The notes below the pieces were generated by a model. The model worked only from the letters and a program-made list of their open reading frames with translations. It was not told the DNA's origin and made no database searches. Below are positions 1 to 9,096 of a stretch of 64,000 nucleotides of DNA, piece after piece (position 1 is the stretch's first letter; each line of letters opens with the position of its first letter). Both the position numbers and the translations under genes were made by a program. The stretch comes from Minisyncoccia bacterium (GTDB taxonomy: Bacteria; Patescibacteriota; Minisyncoccia; SW-4-49-11), in assembly GCA_044356325.1 (NCBI GenBank), contig JBIKWJ010000003.1, positions 36,749-100,748 of the forward strand. The letters run 5' to 3'.

Positions 1-342
1 AACAGGAGTAAAAATAAACAAATATCCAAGAAGGAGAATAGCTAAAGAATATAGCCAACCATTCCACTTTTTTGCTCTCAAATAACTCCGTTCAAATAAA
101 ACAAAACCCGTTACTGTGATAATAGCTCCCCAGAAAGAGACTCTAACTAGATATAGATTAATTGTAGGGGTAAAAATATCTTCTCCAGTTCCAGAATATA
201 ATAAATTCAGTACTGAAGACCAAATTATAGCACCAAATAAAGTGATGCTAAATATTCTTCCTTTTGACTTTCCTGCTAAAATCAAACAGAGTAAAGCTAG
301 GTTAATAGATATAATGATTGTGCTAAGGAGAGCGTATGACAT
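1..342 (-). CDS. Partial polytopic membrane protein; the 3' end runs off the window edge
   Basis: Minus-strand reading frame from an ATG at 340-342 to position 1 with no stop, encoding four hydrophobic helices. More protein-like than the overlapping 116..373 plus-strand ORF. Confidence 0.3.
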   Translation of the reverse strand, partial: MSYALLSTIIISINLALLCLILAGKSKGRIFSITLFGAIIWSSVLNLLYSGTGEDIFTPTINLYLVRVSFWGAIITVTGFVLFERSYLRAKKWNGWLYSLAILLLGYLFIFTPV

Positions 343-378
343 TATATTTTGTTTTATTTTAAAATTTAACTAGTAAAG

Positions 379-1203
379 TTAGATCCTATAAAGAAATTTC
401 CATAAATAACTTGTCTTAATCTCTAGCACACAAACTTCTATATCATTTTTCTTAGAAAAATATCCCTTAATCTCCTCTCTTGATTGTTTATGTTCAGAAG
501 TTAGTGGTAAAAGATTTGGAATTGTAAATTGGACATTAAAGATTTTTTCAATATACGTTTTTAATCTACTCTTTAATGTTACTATTATAAATCTTTTTCT
601 CGTTTTTAACAAATATAAATATAATTTCAGACCTAATAATACTGTCACAATAGGGCTTTTTTTCTTTTTAGCACGATATTCTGGATCATGCACCCAGCGA
701 CCAATATCTACATAATCATAAAGCTCATCTTTTGGAATATCTACATTAAAGTAATTAAGTGTAGATAATTGTGTGGATTTATTATAAAAAATTAATCTCA
801 ATGTTCCTACAATTTGATTGTCTTTTAATACAACTAAATTAGTTGCAAAAGGATCATATCCATCAACAAAGATACCATGCTCTTTTTCCCCATCAATATA
901 TCCAATTTCCAAATAGACTTTATGCCTTAGTTGATATACTTGTTCTAAAAGTGAGCCATCTGCCTTAAGTACTTTATATCCTTGTAATAAAGCTATCCCG
1001 TCTAAAATTTTAACTAGAATTTCAATAATTAATACTTCAAAAAATCTTAAAATTTCTCGAGTATTATCTAAAAAAATAGTCCACAATACCCCTAAAGCAA
1101 TGGCAATATTAACGAAGGTTATAGGTTCCCATATAAAAATTTGTCCTATAATTAGAATACTCGTGATACTTACAATTATTAGCCCCCAGATATTTAAAGC
1201 CAT
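379..1203 (-). CDS. Membrane-anchored GNAT-fold N-acyltransferase (FeeM / acyl-homoserine-lactone-synthase-like)
   Basis: N-terminal two TM helices. C-terminal region (GYDPFATNLVVL...GTLRL...DIGRWVHDPEYR) resembles N-acyl amino acid synthase and autoinducer-synthase-like GNAT domains. Confidence 0.35.
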   Translation of the reverse strand: MALNIWGLIIVSITSILIIGQIFIWEPITFVNIAIALGVLWTIFLDNTREILRFFEVLIIEILVKILDGIALLQGYKVLKADGSLLEQVYQLRHKVYLEIGYIDGEKEHGIFVDGYDPFATNLVVLKDNQIVGTLRLIFYNKSTQLSTLNYFNVDIPKDELYDYVDIGRWVHDPEYRAKKKKSPIVTVLLGLKLYLYLLKTRKRFIIVTLKSRLKTYIEKIFNVQFTIPNLLPLTSEHKQSREEIKGYFSKKNDIEVCVLEIKTSYLWKFLYRI

Positions 1204-1292
1204 ACAATCAAATCATTAATTGACATCACCATAACACCTCTTTTATATTTTGTCAATACCTGACAATCAAGTTAATTCATTTCGGATTCTTT

Positions 1293-1994
1293 CTATTTGA
1301 GTACAATAGTCATAGACTTGATTTCACGGCGGGCAAATTCACTGAGAGCATACAAGGCTAATATAAGACCCATTATTTCGAGGAATTCTTCGATATGAGA
1401 AAGTTGTACATACCAATTAGTAAGCCCCTCCGTGCTCAATACTAGACCTCCAATAGCCTCCACTCCAATAACACCAAGAACATATATAATACCCCCTGCT
1501 ATCAAATAAAATCGTATATTGCGTGGTAATCGGAATAAAAATTGTATGTAGGCAAGTCCCACAATCAGTGCAATAGCCAGCCCTACTATTATCCATGACT
1601 GATATAACCAACCCGTTAATTCAAATGCATTACGCAAAGGTTCTATCAATAATTCATGTAATCCCCCAACCTCATCCAAAGCAATATATACAAATAAACA
1701 AGCTAGCCCTCTCCAACCAGCAGATTTTTTCCCTTGAGACTTCATACTAGATGCAATCAGGGAAGCCGTCAAGGCAGTATACAATGCAATAGAAGCCGTA
1801 AACCATGTCGGAATATTCGCCTCCTGATCTACATTAAAGACACGACTTGGCTCTGACATAATACTATAAGAGAGCGAGGCCTTTTTCTCCAATAATTCAT
1901 CCCCTTGAGGGGAAACAATAGCACTAATTACAATTAATATTACCGCAATCAATACCATTCCCATTATTACCAATCTTTGATTCCAGTATATCAT
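1293..1994 (-). CDS. Polytopic membrane protein, function unknown
   Basis: Long hydrophobic ORF. The tracked start at 2144 overlaps the upstream terminator hairpin, so the internal Met at 1994 (MIYWNQRL...) is the more likely start. Confidence 0.45.
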   Translation of the reverse strand: MIYWNQRLVIMGMVLIAVILIVISAIVSPQGDELLEKKASLSYSIMSEPSRVFNVDQEANIPTWFTASIALYTALTASLIASSMKSQGKKSAGWRGLACLFVYIALDEVGGLHELLIEPLRNAFELTGWLYQSWIIVGLAIALIVGLAYIQFLFRLPRNIRFYLIAGGIIYVLGVIGVEAIGGLVLSTEGLTNWYVQLSHIEEFLEIMGLILALYALSEFARREIKSMTIVLK

Positions 1995-2059
1995 TTCTAT
2001 TCTTATCAGTTCTGTCTCTCGTATTGTATTTATTGTACTATAAAATACGGTATTTAGAT

Positions 2060-2092
2060 AGAGAAAAGCCCGACACATAGTGCCGGGCTTTA
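2060..2092 (-). terminator. Candidate rho-independent terminator for the minus-strand COG0523 operon
   Basis: GC hairpin AGCCCG..CAC-ATA-GTG..CGGGCT at about 2067-2090, followed on the minus strand by TTTCTCTATC. Confidence 0.35.
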
Positions 2093-2106
2093 AAAAATCA
2101 TATGGA

Positions 2107-2502
2107 TTAACAATCAGCAGAAAGTTGGGCAAGATATTGCGCACTCAGAGAAAGTACCGGAATATCTTCAGAACAAGAAACACCACAGCAGTTGTACAGA
2201 GCAAAGTGAACACCCAAGTTGCTTTCACAGACTCTTCTCGAGATATCACATCCCAACAAACGGATGATCTCTTTTCCAACCGAGCCATTGGGATCGTGCC
2301 ATTGAATATCCGGAGAATTCATGGCAACGATTTCTTTGAGTCGGGCCAAGCCCAAATGCAAATCCACATGAAATGCTCTCCAAAGAGCTTGCTCTTGTTC
2401 CGTACGATTCAGCTCCAAAAAGTCAGGAGCAATCTCTCTGATCGAAGGGTAACTCATAGAGTCTCCAGAAAAATGAACAGGCATGATGAGTAATATACTC
2501 AC
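2107..2502 (-). CDS. Small Cys-containing hypothetical protein, last gene of the CooC-like / COG0523 operon
   Basis: Minus-strand ORF co-oriented and contiguous with the ATPase and GTPase genes. Contains CC..C and C..C pairs. The overlapping plus-strand ORF 2080..2493 is Arg/Ser-rich antisense junk. Confidence 0.4.
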   Translation of the reverse strand: MSILLIMPVHFSGDSMSYPSIREIAPDFLELNRTEQEQALWRAFHVDLHLGLARLKEIVAMNSPDIQWHDPNGSVGKEIIRLLGCDISRRVCESNLGVHFALYNCCGVSCSEDIPVLSLSAQYLAQLSADC

Positions 2503-2547
2503 CTCTTAATAATCAAAGGAAATTCACCCTTCATTATTAAAAGATAA

Positions 2548-3405
2548 TTACATTACTACTTTTTCTGCTCTCTTTGACTCAAAATATCTAAGTCGAGCCA
2601 ATGTATCAACTTTGATATATCGAGATTGTAGCTCACTCCAAATATCCTTTAAAGCTTGATTTGTATTACCATCCAATCCTTCAAAATTATATTCAGTGAT
2701 AGCTTCATCAATAGGAATTTCGCCTAATAAAATATCCTTATATTCTTGTTTTATCTGATGATATAAATCATTATCTCGAGGTTTATTTAATATTCCATAA
2801 AATGGGATATCTAATTTTGCTGCAAGTACTCGTAATTGCTCGAATACTTTTTTACTATTAATATGAGGCTCTACCACACCTACCAACATATCGACGCCAC
2901 TAAACAATCCAAAATGCAACATGTCAGCCCCCGCCACACCATCAATAATCACTTGATTATTTCCCTCATTTAATAATGGGAGATAAAATTTGAGAGGGGC
3001 AGAATGTCCATGAGCACACCGAGCACTATACAAAACATCTTCAGCCCCTAGCCCCACTACTTGCAAAGATAGATTATGATGAATTGGATAACTAATAGAT
3101 TGAGTGAATTCATCTGATGGCTGAAAACTAAATTGAGGTAAAATCCTATCTTCAAGAACAATACGAGACCATTTAGAATCTTGTTCTAGACCGACTTTAT
3201 ACTGAAAATCACTATGGGCTCGGTGGAATGTTTGTGTGTCATCTTTAACCTCAAATCCAAGAATGCTAGCCAAATCCATATTATGATCAGCATCAATCGC
3301 AAGTACTGAGTATATTCGAGCAAGATACATACTCAATAGCCATGAAGTTGTACTTTTCCCACTACCACCTTTTCCTACAATAGCAATTTTCATATCACCA
3401 AACAC
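2548..3405 (-). CDS. MinD/ParA/CooC-family P-loop ATPase (metal-centre maturation type)
   Basis: N-terminal deviant Walker A KIAIVGKGGSGKST and AIDAD motif. Overlaps the upstream GTPase gene by 16 nt. Confidence 0.6.
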   Translation of the reverse strand: MFGDMKIAIVGKGGSGKSTTSWLLSMYLARIYSVLAIDADHNMDLASILGFEVKDDTQTFHRAHSDFQYKVGLEQDSKWSRIVLEDRILPQFSFQPSDEFTQSISYPIHHNLSLQVVGLGAEDVLYSARCAHGHSAPLKFYLPLLNEGNNQVIIDGVAGADMLHFGLFSGVDMLVGVVEPHINSKKVFEQLRVLAAKLDIPFYGILNKPRDNDLYHQIKQEYKDILLGEIPIDEAITEYNFEGLDGNTNQALKDIWSELQSRYIKVDTLARLRYFESKRAEKVVM

Positions 3406-4469
3406 TTATCTAATGACTCTACAATAGCTTTTTTATCCATATCAGCTCCAATAAAGACAATTTTCTGTTCACCCTCAATCTCCCCACTCTTAGATTTACT
3501 CCAATATCCATAGGGGTCAAGATTAATAATATTTCCTGCTTGAGACCATAATAAGGCAGTCGTGAGATCAGAATTATCCCAAGCAAATCCCTTAGAGCGA
3601 ACAACCCCTTTTAATGTCCCATTTTGTAATAATTCCATCAACTTTTGTCTATCAAAAGGTTTTTTAGACTCATATACAAAACTACTAATACCATATTCTT
3701 CTGTTTCTGGAGTATGTTCACCTCTCATTTCCTTGAGCCATCCCATATTCTGAGAAGCTTTATCAAAATCAAATAGTCCGGTATTAAGAATTTGATCAAG
3801 AGTAATATCCCCTTTCACCGCCTCAATAATCCGAGCATCGGGATTAAGCTTAGTTACAATACCTCGAATAGTACCCACAGTTCCCTTATCCACCAAATCC
3901 ACTTTAGACAATACAATCACATCAGCAAATTCAATTTGATCTGTAAGAAGTCCCACAATGGTTCGGGTATCTTCTTCCCCAAGAGATTCATCAGTATCTT
4001 TAAGCTGATCTTCTGAGGCAAGATAATTCATAAAATTAGCCGTATCTACCACCGTCACCATGGTATCCAATCGTGCAAAGTTAGATAAAATATCTCCAGA
4101 CTCATCATCAAAGGTAAATGTTTCCGCAATAGGCAATGGTTCAGATATTCCCGTAGATTCAATCACTAGATAATCAAATCGATTTTCTTGAGCTAATTTC
4201 TTCACCTCCACCAATAAATCTTCCCGCAATGTACAACAAATACATCCATTACTGAGCTCAACCAGTTTTTCTTCGGTCTTACTCAGAGAAACCTCATTAT
4301 TAGCCACCAATTCCGCATCAATATTCACATCAGACATATCATTCACAATCACCGCAACCTTAAGACCCTGCCTATTTTTAAGAATAGCATTAAGAAGAGT
4401 AGTTTTCCCACTACCCAAAAATCCAGATAAGACCGTCACCGGTAAACGATGAGATTGAAACTCTAACAT
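3390..4469 (-). CDS. COG0523 (CobW/ZigA/YeiR) family metallochaperone GTPase
   Basis: GFLGSGKTTLLN P-loop and the CICCT metal-binding motif characteristic of COG0523, with a CobW C-terminal-like domain. Confidence 0.8.
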   Translation of the reverse strand: MLEFQSHRLPVTVLSGFLGSGKTTLLNAILKNRQGLKVAVIVNDMSDVNIDAELVANNEVSLSKTEEKLVELSNGCICCTLREDLLVEVKKLAQENRFDYLVIESTGISEPLPIAETFTFDDESGDILSNFARLDTMVTVVDTANFMNYLASEDQLKDTDESLGEEDTRTIVGLLTDQIEFADVIVLSKVDLVDKGTVGTIRGIVTKLNPDARIIEAVKGDITLDQILNTGLFDFDKASQNMGWLKEMRGEHTPETEEYGISSFVYESKKPFDRQKLMELLQNGTLKGVVRSKGFAWDNSDLTTALLWSQAGNIINLDPYGYWSKSKSGEIEGEQKIVFIGADMDKKAIVESLDKCLVI

Positions 4470-4518
4470 ACCAAGATAACTATTATTGTATCATCCTAGT
4501 ATACCCTAATCCTTCCTA

Positions 4519-4539
4519 TATTGCAAATCATTTGCAATA
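4519..4539. promoter_or_regulatory. Perfect 10-1-10 palindrome TATTGCAAATcATTTGCAATA, candidate Zur/Fur-family operator
   Basis: Exact inverted repeat seen in the sequence, 50 bp upstream of the COG0523 GTPase start codon. COG0523 genes are typically Zur-regulated. Confidence 0.4.
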
Positions 4540-4549
4540 TTTTGTATTT

Positions 4550-4945
4550 TTATCTTAATAGAATCCAAATATCTATTATCGTAATAGTTAATGTCACAAT
4601 AATAGCTAAAGCTACTATACTAGACCCAATATCTTTAATCCTCTTGATATGTATATTCCATTGAGGTTCCATAAAGTCACAAGTCAACTCAATTGCAGTA
4701 TTGATAAGCTCCAAAATAATGACAAAAGTTCCAAATAAAATAGTTTGCTTTATTAATGGCCAACTTTGCAGAAATATTTCTAATCCAAGTAATAGTAGAA
4801 TTACTACGCTTGTCTGTATAAACAAATTTTTGTCTCGAGAAAAAGCATATCGTAACCCCTCAATCCAAAGCTGATATTTTGATGATAATTTCATAAAGTA
4901 GTATAATCTTCTACCCGTTATATTACTATTTAGATAAACCACCAA
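4550..4945 (-). CDS. dgkA: Diacylglycerol kinase / undecaprenol kinase
   Basis: 131 aa with three TM helices and the ELINTAIE..D motif of the prokaryotic DgkA family. Confidence 0.75.
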   Translation of the reverse strand: MVVYLNSNITGRRLYYFMKLSSKYQLWIEGLRYAFSRDKNLFIQTSVVILLLLGLEIFLQSWPLIKQTILFGTFVIILELINTAIELTCDFMEPQWNIHIKRIKDIGSSIVALAIIVTLTITIIDIWILLR

Positions 4946-5180
4946 ATATATGTTGTTTCTCTAATTTTATATATAAAAAAATCACTACTCTTGATGTCCT
5001 ACAAGATGTCTTGATACAACAACAAAGATACCTGTAGATCAAATTTTACAGTATAATGAATCTATCAATTCCTTCAAAGACATATCTTCACTAATTTTGA
5101 CTCAAACAGGAAATATACAAATACACCTCACCGATGGTCTCAATCAAATTCAAGACCTCATATCCACAAGTATACCACTA

Positions 5181-5210
5181 GTCCCTCTTAGGAGGGGTTT
5201 TTTCTTTATT
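5181..5210 (+). terminator. Plus-strand rho-independent terminator with no upstream plus-strand ORF
   Basis: CCCTC-TTAG-GAGGG hairpin followed by TTTTTTCTTTATTTT. Confidence 0.4.
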
Positions 5211-5258
5211 TTATTACAAATATGATATACTTATCCTAAATAAGACTTATTTAATATT

Positions 5259-6011
5259 ATGCGTTATCAAGTAGTTTATGATAAATTAATAATTTCTGAT
5301 ATACGATTTGGCTCTCTTAAAGAAGATTCACTTTATTCAGTTTTTGAAAACCTCATTAACTCGGATCCCTTTTCTACAGATCACGAAATAAAGAAAAGTT
5401 TATTTATTAAGTTATCAAAAATATTTGTTTATATAGACTTAGTACTTCCAGAACTTAAATCTCCTCCTATAATAAACTATTCTCTCCCTTTTGAAAGTTT
5501 TCCAAAAACAACCTTTGAGAATGATATTATAAAAAACTTATTTGAAGACATTTGCGTTACATTTAGATCTAGTTTAGATATTTTAACACATTTACTTTAT
5601 ACCAAGATAAAATCTCTTCCTGCATTACCCAAAAAGCCCAATGGAGAATTAGATCCCAATGGGAAATACGAGGGTTTTAAACGAAGCTCTAAACTAAAGG
5701 TAGACACATTAAAAATATTAAAGAAAGATGCTCCGGCTTTATATGCAATATTTCAAAAACATAATGATTGGATAAAGCAACTTTGTGACTATCGTGATAC
5801 TATTATACATAAAAGAGGACATATTGATATTAGTTATTGGACGAAAACTCAAGAAAAGCAGTCAATTACTTGGATAACTCCTATGTTAGATAATGAAGAA
5901 TCAATAGAATTATTTACTATTAAAATTCGTGCGGAGATAATTGAATTTTATAAAGAAATTTTAACTGAATATGATAATCTAACTCCTCAAACCAACCCCT
6001 CGGCGGAGTAG
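5259..6011 (+). CDS. Hypothetical protein
   Basis: 250-aa ORF with no recognisable motif. Its last codons overlap a remnant of the ABC permease 3' end. Confidence 0.35.
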   Translation: MRYQVVYDKLIISDIRFGSLKEDSLYSVFENLINSDPFSTDHEIKKSLFIKLSKIFVYIDLVLPELKSPPIINYSLPFESFPKTTFENDIIKNLFEDICVTFRSSLDILTHLLYTKIKSLPALPKKPNGELDPNGKYEGFKRSSKLKVDTLKILKKDAPALYAIFQKHNDWIKQLCDYRDTIIHKRGHIDISYWTKTQEKQSITWITPMLDNEESIELFTIKIRAEIIEFYKEILTEYDNLTPQTNPSAE

Positions 6012-6025
6012 CATTAAACTTTTTA

Positions 6026-6361
6026 TCAAGCTTTTATCGCTTTCGTATTCTTTATTTTCTGAACAAGATATAATTGCCTCACCATCAAAATATAATTAAT
6101 TGTCATCCATATAATATATTTTACCCATCCATATGCCCATCCAACCTCGGAATCAATTTCCATACCAATACTAAAATGTACTCCCATAATGGATACAAAG
6201 AATATTCCTACTACCCAAAATAATTTTCTCTGATATTTCAGTATAGATATTTGTAACCATAATAACAGAACAAATGGGAAAAGTTGTATATATAATATTA
6301 GTATTGATCCTATTATACCCTCCCATATCATATTCCATTCCATATATATATTATTTAACAA
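6026..6361 (-). CDS. Small membrane protein, paralog of 7757..8077
   Basis: Near-identical to 7757..8077 (MEWNMIWEGI...). About three TM helices. Lies in the tandem cassette unit A. Confidence 0.5.
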   Translation of the reverse strand: MLNNIYMEWNMIWEGIIGSILILYIQLFPFVLLLWLQISILKYQRKLFWVVGIFFVSIMGVHFSIGMEIDSEVGWAYGWVKYIIWMTINYILMVRQLYLVQKIKNTKAIKA

Positions 6362-6362
6362 A

Positions 6363-6716
6363 CTACCTATTAACTTTCTCCTTTGGTTTTATATCAATGA
6401 GAAGAAAGGCTAATGCTAAGGTTAATAGAGTTTTATCAAATGGAATAATAAATAAAGCATTATATGTATTACTCATACTCAAAGCCAGTAAAAGTATTAT
6501 AGTTAAACTAAGTATAATAAGAACTATATAATACCATTTCTTCTCCAATAGAATAATACCCTCTAGATAATGAGCTCCACGTAAAATAGCTAAAATGAGT
6601 AGATACCATATCATAAAACTAATACTCCCTGATGGCTCAAAAACTACAATTCCAAGACTAATCAGTGTGATGAGAATTAATACATATTTTTTCATATAAT
6701 ATCCCTTTATCGACAA
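6363..6716 (-). CDS. Small polytopic membrane protein (candidate immunity protein)
   Basis: 117 aa with four hydrophobic helices, immediately downstream of the secreted protein 6707..7624. Confidence 0.45.
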   Translation of the reverse strand: MSIKGYYMKKYVLILITLISLGIVVFEPSGSISFMIWYLLILAILRGAHYLEGIILLEKKWYYIVLIILSLTIILLLALSMSNTYNALFIIPFDKTLLTLALAFLLIDIKPKEKVNR

Positions 6717-7624
6717 TTACCTCCTGTATATGACCAAAACCAGCTAGGTCCTGAGTATACCTGATGTGTGGCTAAACATGCTCCACGATTATAAGCCCAA
6801 TTAGCCCAGGCTGTAAAGACTCCAAGAGGGACTGACACAAAAGGAAGCCTAAAGAATATCGCTGTACCTGCTCCAGTAGCAAACATAATATTATTTGTTT
6901 CAGATCTATTGAAATAATAACTATATCCCCACCAATGTCTACCAATAACTGGATCAGCTACAACAGGATAAACTATTCCAGACACTTTATGTTCTACAAC
7001 CTGTATAAGCTTATTATTTCTTATTTTAAAATATGTTTTCACTTCTTTTCCCTTAGCATCTTTTGCCCAAGGTGGACTAATAATGGAAATAATTTTTGAT
7101 TGATCTTTATTAAATACTATTACTCCTTTTCCACCATCTTCATTTACCGCCTCTTTCAATACAAATTCTCCCTTGATTCCTATTTTATACTCATATTCAG
7201 TAGGAGCATCTGGATTGTCTATAATTGTGGTCATTCTTACTGAGCCATCATTATTAGCTTGTACGGTATTGCTAAAATCTGATTCACTAGCATAGGCTAC
7301 TACTTCTTTTGCTCCTTCTAATTCTGGTAGGGTTATATTAATAGATGTATTTTCTGCTTTTACATTTACTGGTTCATCAGCGTCTTTTGGTATATCTATT
7401 GTACTGTTATTTGTCTTGACTATTCCTGCAGAATCTTGATCTGATTTGAGATTAACTTGTGATGATTCTGATAGTAATCCATCTATTCCTTCTAATGCCG
7501 ATTTAATTTCTGTATTATCTTTATTTGGTATATTATCTGCTGCATTTACATAGCTCAATACTGAAACCTGACTAACTATTATCCCTACAATCGCTAAATA
7601 TATAATACCCTTTTCTAATCTCAT
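6707..7624 (-). CDS. Secreted protein with a conserved N-terminal domain and a variable Trp/Gly/Cys-rich C-terminus (toxin or bacteriocin-like), copy A
   Basis: Signal peptide. About 200 aa nearly identical to 9086..10054 up to GIVYPVVADPV, then a completely different 78-aa W/G-rich tail ending in two Cys. Confidence 0.6.
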   Translation of the reverse strand: MRLEKGIIYLAIVGIIVSQVSVLSYVNAADNIPNKDNTEIKSALEGIDGLLSESSQVNLKSDQDSAGIVKTNNSTIDIPKDADEPVNVKAENTSINITLPELEGAKEVVAYASESDFSNTVQANNDGSVRMTTIIDNPDAPTEYEYKIGIKGEFVLKEAVNEDGGKGVIVFNKDQSKIISIISPPWAKDAKGKEVKTYFKIRNNKLIQVVEHKVSGIVYPVVADPVIGRHWWGYSYYFNRSETNNIMFATGAGTAIFFRLPFVSVPLGVFTAWANWAYNRGACLATHQVYSGPSWFWSYTGGNCR

Positions 7625-7756
7625 ATGTGTAGTTTATGAATAATAAGAGTGTACATATATTTAATATATTAGGTTTATTTATATCTGTCAATATTTGACA
7701 GGACCGCACCCCCTAACCCCTCAACCCAACAACTTTCCAGAGTAGCATTAAATATT

Positions 7757-8077
7757 TTATTGATTCTTTATCTCTTTCGTATTTTTTATTTTACGGACAA
7801 GATATATTTGTCTTAACATCAAAATATAATTAATTGTCATCCATATAATATATTTTATCCATCCATATGCCCATCCAACCTCGGAATCAATTTCCATACC
7901 AATACTAAAATGAACCCCCATAATAGATACAAAGAATATTCCTACCACCCAAAATAATTTTCTCTGATATTTTAGTATAGATGTTTGTAACCATAATAAC
8001 AGAACAAATGGGAAAAGTTGTATATATAATATTAGTATTGATCCTACTATACCCTCCCATATCATATTCCATTCCAT
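7757..8077 (-). CDS. Small membrane protein, paralog of 6026..6361
   Basis: About 95% identical to 6026..6361. Lies in tandem unit B. Confidence 0.5.
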   Translation of the reverse strand: MEWNMIWEGIVGSILILYIQLFPFVLLLWLQTSILKYQRKLFWVVGIFFVSIMGVHFSIGMEIDSEVGWAYGWIKYIIWMTINYILMLRQIYLVRKIKNTKEIKNQ

Positions 8078-8085
8078 ATATATAA

Positions 8086-8601
8086 CTACTCAATACTAAA
8101 CTCTATTTTTTCTCCCATATTAGGTGATATATATTCTATAATATTTTCTCTTTTTTGAATACCATCAAATATATAGTTAATATCTATAGAACAATCTTCT
8201 GGAATCTTAATCCAAATTGTTCTTCTATCTCCTTTATTTAAGTCATTAAGAGATTTTTCTTCACAACCTAAAATTTGTATATCTGTAATTTTATCTGATG
8301 TAGAGTTTATCAGTGTAATCCTTGCATAATTAATTAATAATATAACAAAATAACTATATGCAATTGCTATCAAAATATTTAGTACTATTATACTACAAGA
8401 TTTTAGTTTTATATTTATACTATTTTTACTAAAAATTATTATAAATCCTAAAATAATACTTATTATAAGAATTATTATCCCTATAAAATAACTTATAAAA
8501 ATAATATCTATTGATAAAGTTATATAATACATCCCAAATAAAACTGTCTCTATCAGGAAAAATACTAGAGCTGTTATGACTGTGAATTTTTGTAAGCTCA
8601 T
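8086..8601 (-). CDS. Membrane protein with N-terminal TM helices and a C-terminal soluble domain (candidate immunity protein)
   Basis: 171 aa with four hydrophobic helices then a roughly 70-aa polar domain. Confidence 0.45.
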   Translation of the reverse strand: MSLQKFTVITALVFFLIETVLFGMYYITLSIDIIFISYFIGIIILIISIILGFIIIFSKNSINIKLKSCSIIVLNILIAIAYSYFVILLINYARITLINSTSDKITDIQILGCEEKSLNDLNKGDRRTIWIKIPEDCSIDINYIFDGIQKRENIIEYISPNMGEKIEFSIE

Positions 8602-8662
8602 ATATACATTAACCCCTATTTCCTCCTAGTTATATACCTTTTGATTATATATTATTATAAAT

Positions 8663-8887
8663 TCACTTTTTTATGGATATTACTATACTGATGATCATAA
8701 GAATTATTACCAATGCGTATGTTTTTATACCATTTACTATGAACTGCAGATACCCTTGTAAGCTCAAGTTCCCAAGCGACTGAGTTATCCAAGCATAAAT
8801 AAAATAAAAAAAGATTGTCCAAATAATTAATATTCCTATTTTTGTATATATTTTCATATTAATATTTAATCTTTTTTCTTTCCCCAT
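8663..8887 (-). CDS. Small membrane protein
   Basis: 74 aa with two TM helices. Confidence 0.35.
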   Translation of the reverse strand: MGKEKRLNINMKIYTKIGILIIWTIFFYFIYAWITQSLGNLSLQGYLQFIVNGIKTYALVIILMIISIVISIKK

Positions 8888-9096
8888 TGATATATAAATA
8901 GTAGTATTAACCCTATATATACCAAAGGATTTCTTATAACACTCATAAACCCTCTCCCCACAGAATTACCCATATCTATAATTGGATTACCTGTTTCCCT
9001 CAAAAATGGAAATGCCAGCCACATAATAAATAAGATAATTATGATGAATACTAAGTATCCTAATGACTGTAAAACTTTATTCTTTTTATCTTCCAT
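8866..9096 (-). CDS. Small membrane protein
   Basis: 76 aa with two TM helices, directly downstream of secreted protein copy B. Confidence 0.4.
   Translation of the reverse strand: MEDKKNKVLQSLGYLVFIIIILFIMWLAFPFLRETGNPIIDMGNSVGRGFMSVIRNPLVYIGLILLFIYQWGKKKD

Noticed and set aside
116-373. 85-aa plus-strand ORF at the window start
   Set aside because: The opposite strand encodes a more convincing multi-helix membrane protein from the 340-342 start running off the window edge. The plus-strand product has no hydrophobic or domain logic.
1417-1611. Small ORFs nested within or antisense to confirmed genes (1417..1611, 3419..3604, 3562..3753, 3792..4016, 9435..9710, 10358..10702, 10769..10960, 11010..11192, 11583..11894, 13312..13524, 14249..14509, 19192..19407, 19560..19778, 21226..21456, 22034..22228, 23237..23482, 25064..25489, 25673..25885, 29332..29619, 30421..30663, 34059..34250, 37196..37387, 38473..39616 set, 40368..40874 set, 41097..41639, 42273..42736 set, 43805..44029, 47031..47243, 48390..48656, 48824..49075, 50077..50403, 50848..51123, 52272..52478, 53253..53459, 54194..54619, 55679..55867, 56757..56939, 60456..60766 set, 60795..61088, 63666..63860)
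   Set aside because: Each is embedded in or antisense to a longer ORF with clear motif support, with composition typical of off-frame translation.
2080-2493. Plus-strand ORF overlapping the minus-strand 2107..2502 gene
   Set aside because: The Arg/Ser/Thr-rich low-complexity translation is typical of the antisense frame. The minus-strand ORF is co-oriented and contiguous with the ATPase-GTPase operon and has a downstream terminator.
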